Positions 14,320-28,360 of a stretch of 64,000 bases of DNA are shown here, one piece after another. The notes beneath the pieces were generated by a model, which worked only from the letters and a program-made list of their open reading frames with translations, was not told the DNA's origin and searched no databases. The DNA is taken from NCBI RefSeq assembly GCF_046105845.1, contig NZ_CP151004.1; one strand, 5' to 3'. A program made the translations under genes and the position numbers. The DNA is from Escherichia coli. GTDB lineage: Bacteria > Pseudomonadota > Gammaproteobacteria > Enterobacterales > Enterobacteriaceae. Position 1 is the first letter of the stretch; the number at the start of each line of letters is the position of its first letter.

Positions 14320-15285
14320 ATGAAGCAGCAGGCAGGCATTGGCATTCTTTTGGCGCTCACCACAGCAATTTGCTGGGGGGCGTTGCCAATCGCAATGAAG
14401 CAGGTGCTGGAGGTGATGGAACCTCCGACAATCGTGTTTTACCGTTTCTTGATGGCGAGTATTGGCCTGGGTGCCATTCTTGCGGTGAAGAAGAGGTTGC
14501 CGCCATTACGCGTGTTTCGTAAGCCACGCTGGTTGATTTTGTTGGCAGTGGCGACCGCCGGGCTGTTTGGGAACTTCATCCTGTTCAGCTCATCCTTGCA
14601 ATACCTGAGTCCGACCGCTTCGCAGGTGATTGGGCAACTCTCGCCAGTTGGCATGATGGTTGCCAGCGTATTTATCCTGAAAGAGAAAATGCGCAGCACT
14701 CAGGTTGTAGGGGCATTGATGCTCCTGAGCGGCCTGGTGATGTTTTTTAACACCAGTCTGGTCGAGATATTTACAAAGCTCACCGATTACACCTGGGGAG
14801 TTATCTTTGGGGTCGGTGCTGCGACGGTTTGGGTGAGTTATGGCGTGGCGCAAAAGGTTTTATTGCGTCGGCTGGCCTCACCGCAGATTCTGTTTTTACT
14901 GTACACTTTATGTACAATTGCGCTCTTCCCTCTGGCAAAGCCTGGAGTGATAGCGCAGCTTAGCCACTGGCAGCTCGCATGTTTAATTTTTTGCGGACTG
15001 AATACATTGGTAGGATATGGCGCCCTGGCGGAAGCGATGGCTCGCTGGCAGGCAGCGCAGGTGAGCGCGATCATTACGCTCACCCCACTGTTTACGCTGT
15101 TTTTTTCAGATCTTTTATCACTGGCCTGGCCCGATTTCTTCGCCAGACCGATGTTAAACCTTTTAGGTTATCTCGGTGCGTTTGTCGTGGTTGCGGGCGC
15201 GATGTATTCCGCCATTGGTCATCGTATTTGGGGCGGATTACGTAAGCATACAACGGTGGTATCGCAACCCCGCGCAGGCGAATGA
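14320..15285 (+). CDS. yhbE: EamA/DMT-family inner-membrane transporter, 321 aa
   Basis: MKQQAGIGILLALTTAICWGALPIAMKQVLEVMEPPTIVFYRF; highly hydrophobic multi-pass protein. Confidence 0.88.
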   Translation: MKQQAGIGILLALTTAICWGALPIAMKQVLEVMEPPTIVFYRFLMASIGLGAILAVKKRLPPLRVFRKPRWLILLAVATAGLFGNFILFSSSLQYLSPTASQVIGQLSPVGMMVASVFILKEKMRSTQVVGALMLLSGLVMFFNTSLVEIFTKLTDYTWGVIFGVGAATVWVSYGVAQKVLLRRLASPQILFLLYTLCTIALFPLAKPGVIAQLSHWQLACLIFCGLNTLVGYGALAEAMARWQAAQVSAIITLTPLFTLFFSDLLSLAWPDFFARPMLNLLGYLGAFVVVAGAMYSAIGHRIWGGLRKHTTVVSQPRAGE

Positions 15286-16473
<1,188 letters not shown>

Positions 16474-16478
16474 TCAGC

Positions 16479-16510
16479 AAAACCCCGGCCATGCGCCGGG
16501 GTTTCTTTTT
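16479..16510. terminator. Bidirectional intrinsic terminator between convergent obgE and dacB
   Basis: aaaaccccggccatgcgccggggtttcttttt: A-run, GC stem, T-run. Confidence 0.8.
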
Positions 16511-16512
16511 GA

Positions 16513-17946
16513 CTAATTGTTCTGATAAATATCTTTGTACAAACGGCTTTCAAAACGCACTAACGGAATACGGCGATTACGCTGATCCGCGGGTTCTACT
16601 GCATAGCCGGAAAGATATTGCACAAACGCCATTCGTTGCCCGCTCGCCGTGGTAATGAATCCCGCCAGGTTATATACCCCCTGCAACGAGCCGGTTTTCG
16701 CTGAGACTTTGCCATCCACGCCCGCCTGATGCAGACCTGCACGGTACTGCAAAGAGCCGTCATAGCCCGCCAGCGGCAGCATAGAGATAAAGTTAAGTTC
16801 ATTGTCGTGTTGGGCTATGTATTGCAGCACCTGCATCATGGTGGCGGGGGCAATCAGGTTATGCCGCGAAAGCCCTGAACCATCGGCAATAATGGTGTTA
16901 CCAATATCGACACCGGCTTGCTGGCGCAGGATCTGACGCACGGCGTCCGACCCGGCCCGCCATGTTCCAGGCACATTGAAGCGCGCATGGCCTATCATGC
17001 GGAAAACCGTATCGGCAATCATGTTGTCCGACTTTTTCAGCATAATCTTAAGCAGATCGTGCAGCGGGGCCGACTGTTTACTGGCAACTACCGTTCCAGG
17101 TTCGTTAACCTGCGTCTGACGCAGCAGTGTTCCGCTCCAGGTGATACCTGCCTGTTTTAACTCATCTTTCAGAATTGCTCCGGCATAGCTGGCTCCATCC
17201 TGCACGGCAAAAGCCAACGGGAGCGGCTCAGAACGTTGTGGCAGGCATCCGGTCAGCGTAAAGCGGTTCAGGTCGCCTGGCACCACATCCAGCTCGCAAT
17301 ATTGCGCTTCGGCAGAACCACGGGGGAGGGTGCGTACCTGGCTGAACATCGTAACGGGGTAATAAGATGCCACGCGTATAAAAGCCATATCACCAGGTTT
17401 TGGGGCACTGTAGAGCGAGACGGAGAAACAGTTGCGGTCAACTATGGCGGCAGCAGGCGGAGCGCTAAAGCATTGTGTCATGTCATTCCATGGCCAGCCG
17501 GGGGCTTTATCGTGGCTGGCGAAAATGGAGGTATCTATCAACACATTGCCATCGATTTGGTTGACGCCAGATTTTTTCAAAGTCGCGACCATATTGCGAA
17601 TATCCTGACGTTTTAACGTCGGATCGGCACCAAATCGCGCCACTAAGTCACCCTTAAGTACGCCGTTTTCCACATTACCTTTGGTTTCAAGCGTCGTGGT
17701 AAAACGAAAATCGGGGCCGAGTTGAATCAACGCCGCCAGTGCAGTAATCACTTTCTGCGTACTGGCGGGCAGCGCCATCTGCTGACTGTGGTAATCAATA
17801 GCGGGGGCCGACGCGCCGACTTTTTGCACCATCAGGGCAAGGTTGGCACCAGCGGGGAGTTGAGTAATGTACTCATCAACATTTGCGGCCTGAACACTGA
17901 ACGCTATACAGCTGGTCAATCCGATGATAAATCTGGAAAATCGCAT
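16513..17946 (-). CDS. dacB: D-alanyl-D-alanine carboxypeptidase/endopeptidase PBP4, 477 aa
   Basis: MRFSRFIIGLTSCIAFSVQAANVDEYITQLPAGANLALMVQKVGA; active-site STQK within PASTQKVITALAAL. Confidence 0.95.
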   Translation of the reverse strand: MRFSRFIIGLTSCIAFSVQAANVDEYITQLPAGANLALMVQKVGASAPAIDYHSQQMALPASTQKVITALAALIQLGPDFRFTTTLETKGNVENGVLKGDLVARFGADPTLKRQDIRNMVATLKKSGVNQIDGNVLIDTSIFASHDKAPGWPWNDMTQCFSAPPAAAIVDRNCFSVSLYSAPKPGDMAFIRVASYYPVTMFSQVRTLPRGSAEAQYCELDVVPGDLNRFTLTGCLPQRSEPLPLAFAVQDGASYAGAILKDELKQAGITWSGTLLRQTQVNEPGTVVASKQSAPLHDLLKIMLKKSDNMIADTVFRMIGHARFNVPGTWRAGSDAVRQILRQQAGVDIGNTIIADGSGLSRHNLIAPATMMQVLQYIAQHDNELNFISMLPLAGYDGSLQYRAGLHQAGVDGKVSAKTGSLQGVYNLAGFITTASGQRMAFVQYLSGYAVEPADQRNRRIPLVRFESRLYKDIYQNN

Positions 17947-18065
17947 AATCTCGCGCTAACAACCTGGAATCGAGCCGTCATACTACGGCGCAACGCCCTA
18001 TAAAGTAAACGATGACCCTTCGGGAACTTCAGGGTAAAATGACTATCAAAATGTGAATTGTAGCT

Positions 18066-18099
18066 GACCTGGGACTTGTACCCGGGTCGGTATTTTTTT
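18066..18099 (+). promoter_or_regulatory. greA leader hairpin plus U-tract (attenuator; likely 3' end of the GraL leader RNA)
   Basis: gacctggg...cccgggtc inverted repeat followed by ggta ttttttt (18093-18099), about 95 nt upstream of the greA ATG. Confidence 0.5.
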
Positions 18100-18193
18100 G
18101 CTTCTGGTCCCGGTGAGGAGTTATGCCGGGCAGGCCGAACAGCCGGGGTGGGTGAAGACTTGCCCCATCAGGAATATTCAAGAGGTATAACAA

Positions 18194-18670
<477 letters not shown>

Positions 18671-18713
18671 GAATTACCCAATACTCAAGATGTTGATGTA
18701 TTGTAAAGAAAGG

Positions 18714-18738
18714 AAAAAGGCCGCTATGCGGCCTTTTA
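18714..18738. terminator. Bidirectional intrinsic terminator between greA and yhbY
   Basis: aaaaaggccgctatgcggcctttta. Confidence 0.75.
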
Positions 18739-18825
18739 TCAACGAACAGAGCGTGGCATTTTGCTCTCCTGCCTGCGGAAAACCCCTCGTTTTACACAGC
18801 AAATGTGTGTAACTTTAGGATAATC

Positions 18826-19119
18826 TTAGCGTGGCAGCGAGATTTTACGTTCTTTAGTTGGGCGATAAAGCACCAGCGTTTTACCGATGACCTGTACATT
18901 ACAGGCGCCGGTTTCGCGCACGATAGCTTCCACGATCAAGGTTTTAGTTTCGCGATCTTCGGTGGCGATTTTCACCTTGATGAGTTCATGGTGCTCTAAC
19001 GCTTGTTCAATCTCGGCCAGCACCCCTTCGGTCAAACCATTACTGCCAAGCAGAACAACTGGCTTGAGCGGATGTGCCAGACCTTTCAGGTGCTGTTTTT
19101 GTTTAGTACTCAGATTCAT
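18826..19119 (-). CDS. yhbY: CRS1/YhbY-family RNA-binding ribosome assembly protein, 97 aa
   Basis: MNLSTKQKQHLKGLAHPLKPVVLLGSNGLTEGVLAEIEQALEHHELIKVKI. Confidence 0.9.
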   Translation of the reverse strand: MNLSTKQKQHLKGLAHPLKPVVLLGSNGLTEGVLAEIEQALEHHELIKVKIATEDRETKTLIVEAIVRETGACNVQVIGKTLVLYRPTKERKISLPR

Positions 19120-19244
19120 CGTATTTTTTGCTTACGTTGGGATTGAAAACGGGTCATTCTACCGCCATCTCCCATATATCACCAAATAGGCGCGTAAAAA
19201 TTTACGCAATTGGTTACGATGAGTTATCCCCATGGGAAAGTTAA

Positions 19245-19874
19245 ATGACAGGTAAGAAGCGTTCTGCCAGCTCCAGCCGCTGGCTTCAGGAACACTTTAG
19301 CGATAAATATGTTCAACAGGCACAGAAAAAGGGGTTACGTTCCCGTGCCTGGTTTAAACTTGATGAAATACAGCAAAGTGACAAACTCTTTAAACCGGGA
19401 ATGACGGTTGTCGACCTTGGTGCTGCCCCGGGTGGTTGGTCACAATATGTGGTCACCCAAATTGGCGGCAAAGGCCGCATCATCGCTTGCGATCTTTTAC
19501 CTATGGATCCTATCGTTGGTGTGGACTTTCTTCAGGGCGATTTTCGTGATGAACTGGTGATGAAAGCACTGCTGGAGCGCGTTGGCGACAGCAAAGTCCA
19601 GGTTGTCATGTCCGATATGGCACCAAACATGAGCGGAACACCGGCGGTGGATATCCCCCGTGCCATGTATCTGGTGGAACTGGCGCTAGAAATGTGTCGT
19701 GATGTATTAGCGCCAGGTGGCAGTTTTGTAGTGAAGGTGTTCCAGGGCGAAGGTTTCGATGAGTATCTAAGGGAAATTCGCTCCCTGTTTACGAAGGTCA
19801 AAGTTCGTAAGCCGGACTCTTCTCGTGCACGTTCGCGGGAAGTGTATATTGTAGCGACCGGGCGTAAACCCTAA
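19245..19874 (+). CDS. rlmE: 23S rRNA 2'-O-ribose U2552 methyltransferase RlmE (FtsJ/RrmJ), 209 aa
   Basis: [44 protein letters not shown]; SAM motif [13 protein letters not shown]. Confidence 0.95.
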
Positions 19875-19973
19875 CCGGGAGATTTCAGACGAAAGTTTGA
19901 AAGATGCTGGATATAGAGTATCCTGACGCTGTTTTTAACACAGTTGTAATAAGAGGTTAATCCCTTGAGTGAC

Positions 19974-21908
19974 ATGGCGAAAAACCTAATACTCTGGCTG
20001 GTCATTGCCGTTGTGCTGATGTCAGTATTCCAGAGCTTTGGGCCCAGCGAGTCTAATGGCCGTAAGGTGGATTACTCTACCTTCCTACAAGAGGTCAATA
20101 ACGACCAGGTTCGTGAAGCGCGTATCAACGGACGTGAAATCAACGTTACCAAGAAAGATAGTAACCGTTATACCACTTACATTCCGGTTCAGGATCCGAA
20201 ATTACTGGATAACCTGTTGACCAAGAACGTCAAGGTTGTCGGTGAACCGCCTGAAGAACCAAGCCTGCTGGCTTCTATCTTCATCTCCTGGTTCCCGATG
20301 CTGTTGCTGATTGGTGTCTGGATCTTCTTCATGCGTCAAATGCAGGGCGGCGGTGGCAAAGGTGCCATGTCGTTTGGTAAGAGCAAAGCGCGCATGCTGA
20401 CGGAAGATCAGATCAAAACGACCTTTGCTGACGTTGCGGGCTGCGACGAAGCAAAAGAAGAAGTTGCTGAACTGGTTGAGTATCTGCGCGAGCCGAGCCG
20501 CTTCCAGAAACTCGGCGGTAAGATCCCAAAAGGCGTCCTGATGGTCGGTCCTCCGGGTACCGGTAAAACGCTGCTGGCGAAAGCGATTGCAGGCGAAGCG
20601 AAAGTTCCGTTCTTTACTATCTCCGGTTCTGACTTCGTAGAAATGTTCGTCGGTGTGGGTGCATCCCGTGTTCGTGACATGTTCGAACAGGCGAAGAAAG
20701 CGGCACCGTGCATCATCTTTATCGATGAAATCGACGCCGTAGGCCGCCAGCGTGGCGCTGGTCTGGGCGGTGGTCACGATGAACGTGAACAGACTCTGAA
20801 CCAGATGCTGGTTGAGATGGATGGCTTCGAAGGTAACGAAGGTATCATCGTTATCGCCGCGACTAACCGTCCGGACGTTCTTGACCCGGCGCTGCTGCGT
20901 CCTGGCCGTTTCGACCGTCAGGTTGTGGTTGGCTTGCCAGATGTTCGCGGTCGTGAGCAGATCCTGAAAGTTCACATGCGTCGCGTACCATTGGCACCCG
21001 ATATCGACGCGGCAATCATTGCCCGTGGTACTCCTGGTTTCTCCGGTGCTGACCTGGCGAACCTGGTGAACGAAGCGGCACTGTTCGCTGCTCGTGGCAA
21101 CAAACGCGTTGTGTCGATGGTTGAGTTCGAGAAAGCGAAAGACAAAATCATGATGGGTGCGGAACGTCGCTCCATGGTGATGACGGAAGCGCAGAAAGAA
21201 TCGACGGCTTACCACGAAGCGGGTCACGCGATTATCGGTCGCCTGGTGCCGGAACACGATCCGGTGCACAAAGTGACGATTATCCCACGCGGTCGTGCGC
21301 TGGGTGTAACTTTCTTCTTGCCTGAGGGCGACGCAATCAGCGCCAGCCGTCAGAAACTGGAAAGCCAGATTTCTACGCTGTACGGTGGTCGTCTGGCAGA
21401 AGAGATCATCTACGGGCCGGAACATGTTTCTACCGGTGCGTCCAACGATATTAAAGTTGCGACCAACCTGGCACGTAACATGGTGACTCAGTGGGGCTTC
21501 TCTGAGAAATTGGGTCCACTGCTGTACGCGGAAGAAGAAGGTGAAGTGTTCCTCGGCCGTAGCGTAGCGAAAGCGAAACATATGTCTGATGAAACTGCAC
21601 GTATCATCGACCAGGAAGTGAAAGCACTGATTGAGCGTAACTATAATCGTGCGCGTCAGCTTCTGACCGACAATATGGATATTCTGCATGCGATGAAAGA
21701 TGCTCTCATGAAATATGAGACTATCGACGCACCGCAGATTGATGACCTGATGGCACGTCGCGATGTACGTCCGCCAGCGGGCTGGGAAGAACCAGGCGCT
21801 TCTAACAATTCTGGCGACAATGGTAGTCCAAAGGCTCCTCGTCCGGTTGATGAACCGCGTACGCCGAACCCGGGTAACACCATGTCAGAGCAGTTAGGCG
21901 ACAAGTAA
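19974..21908 (+). CDS. ftsH: ATP-dependent zinc metalloprotease FtsH, 644 aa
   Basis: Conserved start [22 protein letters not shown] at ATG 19974 (ORF track begins 3 codons upstream at TTG); Walker A GPPGTGKT; zinc motif HEAGH. Confidence 0.95.
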
Positions 21909-21938
21909 GTTCCCGCATCAGATGACTGTATTTGTACC

Positions 21939-21970
21939 AAAAACCCCGGGGCGTGCTCCGGGGTTTTTTC
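21939..21970 (+). terminator. Rho-independent terminator after ftsH
   Basis: aaaaaccccggggcgtgctccggggttttttc. Confidence 0.8.
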
Positions 21971-21997
21971 TTATCAATTCATACCAGGGATAACATT

Positions 21998-22846
21998 ATG
22001 AAACTCTTTGCCCAGGGTACTTCACTGGACCTTAGCCATCCTCACGTAATGGGGATCCTCAACGTCACGCCTGATTCCTTTTCGGATGGTGGCACGCATA
22101 ACTCGCTGATAGATGCGGTGAAACATGCGAATCTGATGATCAACGCTGGCGCGACGATCATTGACGTTGGTGGCGAGTCCACACGTCCAGGGGCGGCGGA
22201 AGTTAGCGTTGAAGAAGAGTTACAACGTGTTATTCCTGTGGTTGAGGCAATTGCTCAACGCTTCGAAGTCTGGATCTCGGTAGATACATCCAAACCAGAA
22301 GTCATCCGTGAGTCAGCGAAAGTTGGCGCTCACATTATTAACGATATCCGCTCCCTTTCCGAACCTGGCGCTCTGGAGGCGGCTGCAGAAACCGGTTTAC
22401 CGGTTTGTCTGATGCATATGCAGGGAAATCCAAAAACTATGCAGGAAGCCCCGAAGTATGACGATGTCTTTGCAGAAGTGAATCGCTACTTTATTGAGCA
22501 AATAGCACGTTGCGAGCAGGCGGGTATCGCAAAAGAGAAATTGTTGCTCGACCCCGGATTCGGTTTCGGTAAAAATCTCTCCCATAACTATTCATTACTG
22601 GCGCGCCTGGCTGAATTTCACCATTTCAACCTGCCGCTGTTGGTGGGTATGTCACGAAAATCGATGATTGGGCAGCTGCTGAACGTGGGGCCGTCCGAGC
22701 GCCTGAGCGGTAGTCTGGCCTGTGCGGTCATTGCCGCAATGCAAGGCGCGCACATCATTCGTGTTCATGACGTCAAAGAAACCGTAGAAGCGATGCGGGT
22801 GGTGGAAGCCACTCTGTCTGCAAAGGAAAACAAACGCTATGAGTAA
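21998..22846 (+). CDS. folP: Dihydropteroate synthase, 282 aa
   Basis: ORF 21932..22846; conserved start [32 protein letters not shown] at ATG 21998. Confidence 0.93.
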
Positions 22847-24176
22847 TCGTAAATATTTCGGTACCGATGGGATTCGTGGTCGTGTAGGGGATGCGCCGAT
22901 CACACCTGATTTTGTGCTTAAGCTGGGTTGGGCCGCGGGTAAAGTGTTGGCGCGCCACGGCTCCCGTAAGATCATTATTGGTAAAGACACGCGTATTTCT
23001 GGCTATATGCTGGAGTCAGCACTGGAAGCGGGTCTGGCGGCTGCCGGTCTTTCCGCGCTCTTCACTGGCCCGATGCCAACACCGGCCGTGGCTTATCTGA
23101 CGCGGACTTTCCGCGCAGAGGCTGGGATTGTGATATCTGCATCGCATAACCCGTTCTACGATAATGGCATTAAATTTTTCTCTATCGACGGCACCAAACT
23201 GCCGGATGCAGTTGAAGAGGCCATCGAAGCGGAAATGGAAAAAGAGATCAGCTGCGTTGATTCGGCAGAACTGGGTAAAGCCAGCCGTATCGTTGATGCT
23301 GCGGGTCGCTATATCGAGTTTTGCAAAGCCACGTTCCCGAACGAACTTAGCCTCAGTGAACTGAAGATTGTGGTGGATTGTGCAAACGGTGCGACTTATC
23401 ACATCGCGCCGAACGTGCTGCGTGAACTGGGGGCGAACGTTATCGCTATCGGTTGTGAGCCGAACGGTGTAAACATCAATGCCGAAGTGGGGGCTACCGA
23501 CGTTCGCGCTCTCCAGGCTCGTGTGCTGGCTGAAAAAGCGGATCTCGGTATTGCCTTCGACGGCGACGGCGATCGCGTGATTATGGTTGACCATGAAGGC
23601 AATAAAGTCGATGGCGATCAGATCATGTATATCATCGCGCGTGAAGGTCTTCGTCAGGGCCAGCTGCGTGGTGGCGCTGTGGGTACATTGATGAGCAACA
23701 TGGGGCTTGAACTGGCGCTGAAACAGTTAGGAATTCCATTTGCGCGCGCGAAAGTGGGTGACCGCTACGTACTGGAAAAAATGCAGGAGAAAGGCTGGCG
23801 TATCGGTGCAGAGAATTCCGGTCATGTGATCCTGCTGGATAAAACCACTACCGGTGACGGCATCGTTGCTGGCTTGCAGGTGCTGGCGGCGATGGCACGT
23901 AACCATATGAGCCTGCACGACCTTTGCAGCGGCATGAAAATGTTCCCGCAGATTCTGGTTAACGTGCGTTACACCGCAGGTAGCGGCGATCCGCTTGAGC
24001 ATGAGTCAGTTAAAGCCGTGACCGCAGAGGTTGAAGCTGCGCTGGGCAACCGTGGACGCGTTTTGCTGCGTAAATCTGGCACCGAGCCGTTAATTCGCGT
24101 GATGGTAGAAGGTGAAGACGAAGCGCAGGTAACTGAATTTGCACACCGTATCGCCGATGCAGTAAAAGCCGTTTAA
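22839..24176 (+). CDS. glmM: Phosphoglucosamine mutase, 445 aa
   Basis: [34 protein letters not shown]; active-site SASHNP; start overlaps the folP stop. Confidence 0.96.
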
Positions 24177-24195
24177 AGCGTTAGATAACTGGCTA

Positions 24196-24224
24196 AAAAG
24201 GCGGCGATTGTCGCCTTTTTTCTC
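24196..24224 (+). terminator. Rho-independent terminator after glmM
   Basis: aaaaaggcggcgattgtcgccttttttct. Confidence 0.8.
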
Positions 24225-24403
24225 GGCGAACACATCTATTTTGCTGTTTTTTTCCGCAGTTGATACAATGTGATAAAATTGCCCTTGCGAAGGTCATTCG
24301 CTTTGGTTAGTATTCACACCCGCTTCAGTGGGAAAGATTAAAAACTCCCGCTTTATTGGTTGAAGCATTGGTACGCGGCAACTCCGCAAGGAACAGGTTG
24401 ATT

Positions 24404-24736
24404 ATGTACGAAGCTCTTTTGGTAGTTTTCCTTATTGTGGCAATTGGCCTTGTTGGTCTGATCATGCTGCAGCAAGGTAAAGGCGCTGATATGGGAGCCT
24501 CCTTCGGAGCAGGCGCTTCCGCTACGCTGTTTGGTTCAAGTGGTTCTGGTAACTTCATGACCCGCATGACGGCGCTGCTGGCAACGTTATTCTTCATCAT
24601 CAGTCTGGTGCTGGGTAACATCAATAGCAACAAAACCAATAAAGGTAGCGAATGGGAAAACCTGAGTGCGCCGGCCAAAACCGAACAAACTCAGCCAGCT
24701 GCTCCGGCTAAGCCGACCAGCGATATCCCGAACTAA
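24404..24736 (+). CDS. secG: Protein translocase subunit SecG, 110 aa
   Basis: ORF 24356..24736; conserved start MYEALLVVFLIVAIGLVGLIMLQQGKGADMGASFGAG at ATG 24404. Confidence 0.93.
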   Translation: MYEALLVVFLIVAIGLVGLIMLQQGKGADMGASFGAGASATLFGSSGSGNFMTRMTALLATLFFIISLVLGNINSNKTNKGSEWENLSAPAKTEQTQPAAPAKPTSDIPN

Positions 24737-24750
24737 AAAGTAGTATCCGT

Positions 24751-24837
24751 GCCGAGGTGGTGGAATTGGTAGACACGCTACCTTGAGGTGGTAGTGCCCA
24801 ATAGGGCTTACGGGTTCAAGTCCCGTCCTCGGTACCA
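24751..24837 (+). tRNA. leuU: tRNA-Leu (GAG anticodon), 87 nt with encoded CCA
   Basis: gccgaggtggtggaattggtagacacgctaccttgaggtggtagtgcccaatagggcttacgggttcaagtcccgtcctcggtacca: long variable arm, T-loop GTTCAAGTC. Confidence 0.95.
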
Positions 24838-24845
24838 AATTCCAG

Positions 24846-24876
24846 AAAAGAGACGCTGAAAAGCGTCTTTTTTCGT
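24846..24876 (+). terminator. Rho-independent terminator after leuU
   Basis: aaaagagacgctgaaaagcgtcttttttcg. Confidence 0.8.
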
Positions 24877-25293
24877 TTTGGTCCTGGTCTGAGGAATGGT
24901 TGTCAGGTATCTGTATCTCGTCCAGTTGCTTTACTCGTAGCTGGTACTTTGAAACGATGGTGCCGGTACGCCTTAGTTATAAACTTTTCCCTTCTGCTGA
25001 CATAATTGGCACTTTATTGTGTCAACTCCAGTTCCGGTACGAATACGGATATGTTTACTTCTCGATAAACCATCCTGCTCCTGTCAGTATAACTACTGAT
25101 GGCTACGTTCTGCGTAATGTTTAGAGACGCATTGATAATGTTATTTAATTACTGAGAACAATGGCCGCATCATTTAAAAAGAAAAAACTAACAGTGTTTC
25201 GGTCTGATATGGATCAGAGTTGAAAAACATGTCTGATATAAAATTGAACATTGTTGATAATTGTTTATATTGGTTGTGAACTTGGATTTCTGG

Positions 25294-26919
25294 ATGACAG
25301 TATTCAACAAATTTGTTAGAAGTTTTAAATCTCATTGGTTGTTGTATCTTTGTGTTATTGTTTTTGGTATTACGAACTTAGTCGCCTCTTCCGGAGCGCA
25401 TATGGTTCAGCGATTGCTGTTCTTCGTTCTGACCATCCTGGTTGTTAAACGTATATCATCCCTTCCGCTTCGCCTGCTTGTTGCCGCACCATTTGTGTTA
25501 CTGACAGCGGCAGACATGAGTATTAGCCTCTATTCATGGTGTACCTTTGGTACAACTTTCAATGATGGATTTGCGATTAGCGTGCTGCAGAGTGATCCGG
25601 ATGAAGTTGTCAAAATGCTGGGGATGTATATCCCTTATCTATGTGCTTTTGCCTTTTTATCCCTTCTTTTTTTTGCAGTAATAATAAAATATGATGTTTC
25701 CTTGCCGACGAAAAAAGTGACAGGAATATTATTGCTGATTGTCATTTCGGGCAGTTTATTTTCCGCTTGTCAATTTGCTTATAAAGATGCAAAAAATAAA
25801 AAAGCGTTCAGTCCATATATACTAGCGTCGCGATTTGCTACCTATACACCGTTTTTCAATCTCAATTATTTTGCTTTAGCAGCGAAAGAGCATCAAAGAT
25901 TACTCTCAATTGCAAACACGGTGCCGTATTTTCAATTATCAGTCAGGGATACAGGTATTGATACCTACGTGTTGATTGTGGGGGAGTCTGTACGTGTCGA
26001 CAATATGTCTTTGTATGGATATACACGCTCTACGACACCGCAAGTCGAAGCACAAAGAAAACAGATCAAACTGTTTAATCAAGCAATAAGCGGTGCACCT
26101 TACACTGCGCTGTCGGTTCCCCTTTCTTTAACTGCTGATTCTGTTTTGAGTCATGACATTCATAATTACCCGGACAACATTATTAATATGGCTAATCAAG
26201 CAGGATTTCAGACTTTCTGGCTAAGCTCGCAATCCGCTTTTCGGCAGAATGGTACAGCAGTTTCCAGTATCGCCATGCGCGCCATGGAAACAGTCTATGT
26301 CAGAGGATTTGATGAATTGTTGTTGCCGCATTTATCGCAAGCGTTACAGCAAAAGACGCAGCAAAAGAAATTGATTGTTCTTCATTTAAATGGAAGCCAT
26401 GAACCGGCTTGTAGCGCCTATCCGCAATCCAGCGCCGTGTTTCAACCGCAGGACGATCAGGATGCCTGCTATGACAACTCCATTCATTACACAGATAGTT
26501 TGCTAGGTCAGGTTTTTGAATTATTAAAAGATCGCCGCGCCTCGGTCATGTATTTTGCCGATCACGGCCTGGAACGCGACCCTACGAAGAAGAACGTCTA
26601 TTTTCATGGAGGCAGGGAGGCCAGCCAGCAGGCATATCATGTCCCGATGTTTATCTGGTATAGCCCCGTTCTTGGGGATGGCGTTGATCGTACAACGGAA
26701 AACGATATCTTTTCCACTGCGTACAATAATTACCTTATTAATGCGTGGATGGGGGTAACAAAGCCGGAACAGCCGCAAACGCTGGAGGAAGTGATTGCAC
26801 ACTATAAAGGAGACTCACGGGTTGTAGATGCAAACCATGATGTTTTCGATTTTGTGATGCTAAGAAAGGAGTTTACTGAGGATATGCAAGGTAACCCCAC
26901 CCCTGAAGGGCAGGGTTGA
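25294..26919 (+). CDS. yhbX: Putative phosphoethanolamine transferase (EptA/sulfatase-fold family), 541 aa
   Basis: ORF 25261..26919; likely start MTVFNKFVRSFKSHWLLYLCVIVFG at ATG 25294; N-terminal multi-TM region then sulfatase-like domain (VLIVGESVRVDNMSLYGYTR ... HLNGSHEPA); visibly AT-rich. Confidence 0.85.
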   Translation: MTVFNKFVRSFKSHWLLYLCVIVFGITNLVASSGAHMVQRLLFFVLTILVVKRISSLPLRLLVAAPFVLLTAADMSISLYSWCTFGTTFNDGFAISVLQSDPDEVVKMLGMYIPYLCAFAFLSLLFFAVIIKYDVSLPTKKVTGILLLIVISGSLFSACQFAYKDAKNKKAFSPYILASRFATYTPFFNLNYFALAAKEHQRLLSIANTVPYFQLSVRDTGIDTYVLIVGESVRVDNMSLYGYTRSTTPQVEAQRKQIKLFNQAISGAPYTALSVPLSLTADSVLSHDIHNYPDNIINMANQAGFQTFWLSSQSAFRQNGTAVSSIAMRAMETVYVRGFDELLLPHLSQALQQKTQQKKLIVLHLNGSHEPACSAYPQSSAVFQPQDDQDACYDNSIHYTDSLLGQVFELLKDRRASVMYFADHGLERDPTKKNVYFHGGREASQQAYHVPMFIWYSPVLGDGVDRTTENDIFSTAYNNYLINAWMGVTKPEQPQTLEEVIAHYKGDSRVVDANHDVFDFVMLRKEFTEDMQGNPTPEGQG

Positions 26920-26926
26920 TGTCGAA

Positions 26927-28285
<1,359 letters not shown>

Positions 28286-28321
28286 TTAATTAACTGATGA
28301 TGAGCCTGGATTTCCGCTCTC

Positions 28322-28360
28322 ACTGAATTTTTATGCAAAATAAATGAGTTTTCATTTAAT
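28322..28360. promoter_or_regulatory. Candidate tandem ARG boxes (ArgR operator) upstream of argG
   Basis: ctgaatttttatgcaaaa and aaatgagttttcattt each approximate TGAAT-w4-ATTCA; about 50-90 bp upstream of the argG start. Confidence 0.45.

Noticed and set aside
19965-19973. N-terminal extensions in the ORF track (ftsH MSDM-, folP, rbfA, pnp, deaD, secG, kdsD, lptA, lpoA, yhbO, yraR, ubiU, ubiV, agaD, yhbX)
   Set aside because: The track starts at the first possible start codon, including TTG/GTG; the conserved N-termini begin further in, so starts were moved in frame. The upstream extensions are probably untranslated.
24900-25124. 74-aa ORF in the leuU-yhbX spacer
   Set aside because: No ribosome-binding site, AT-rich low-complexity sequence, lies in the leader of yhbX; judged non-coding.
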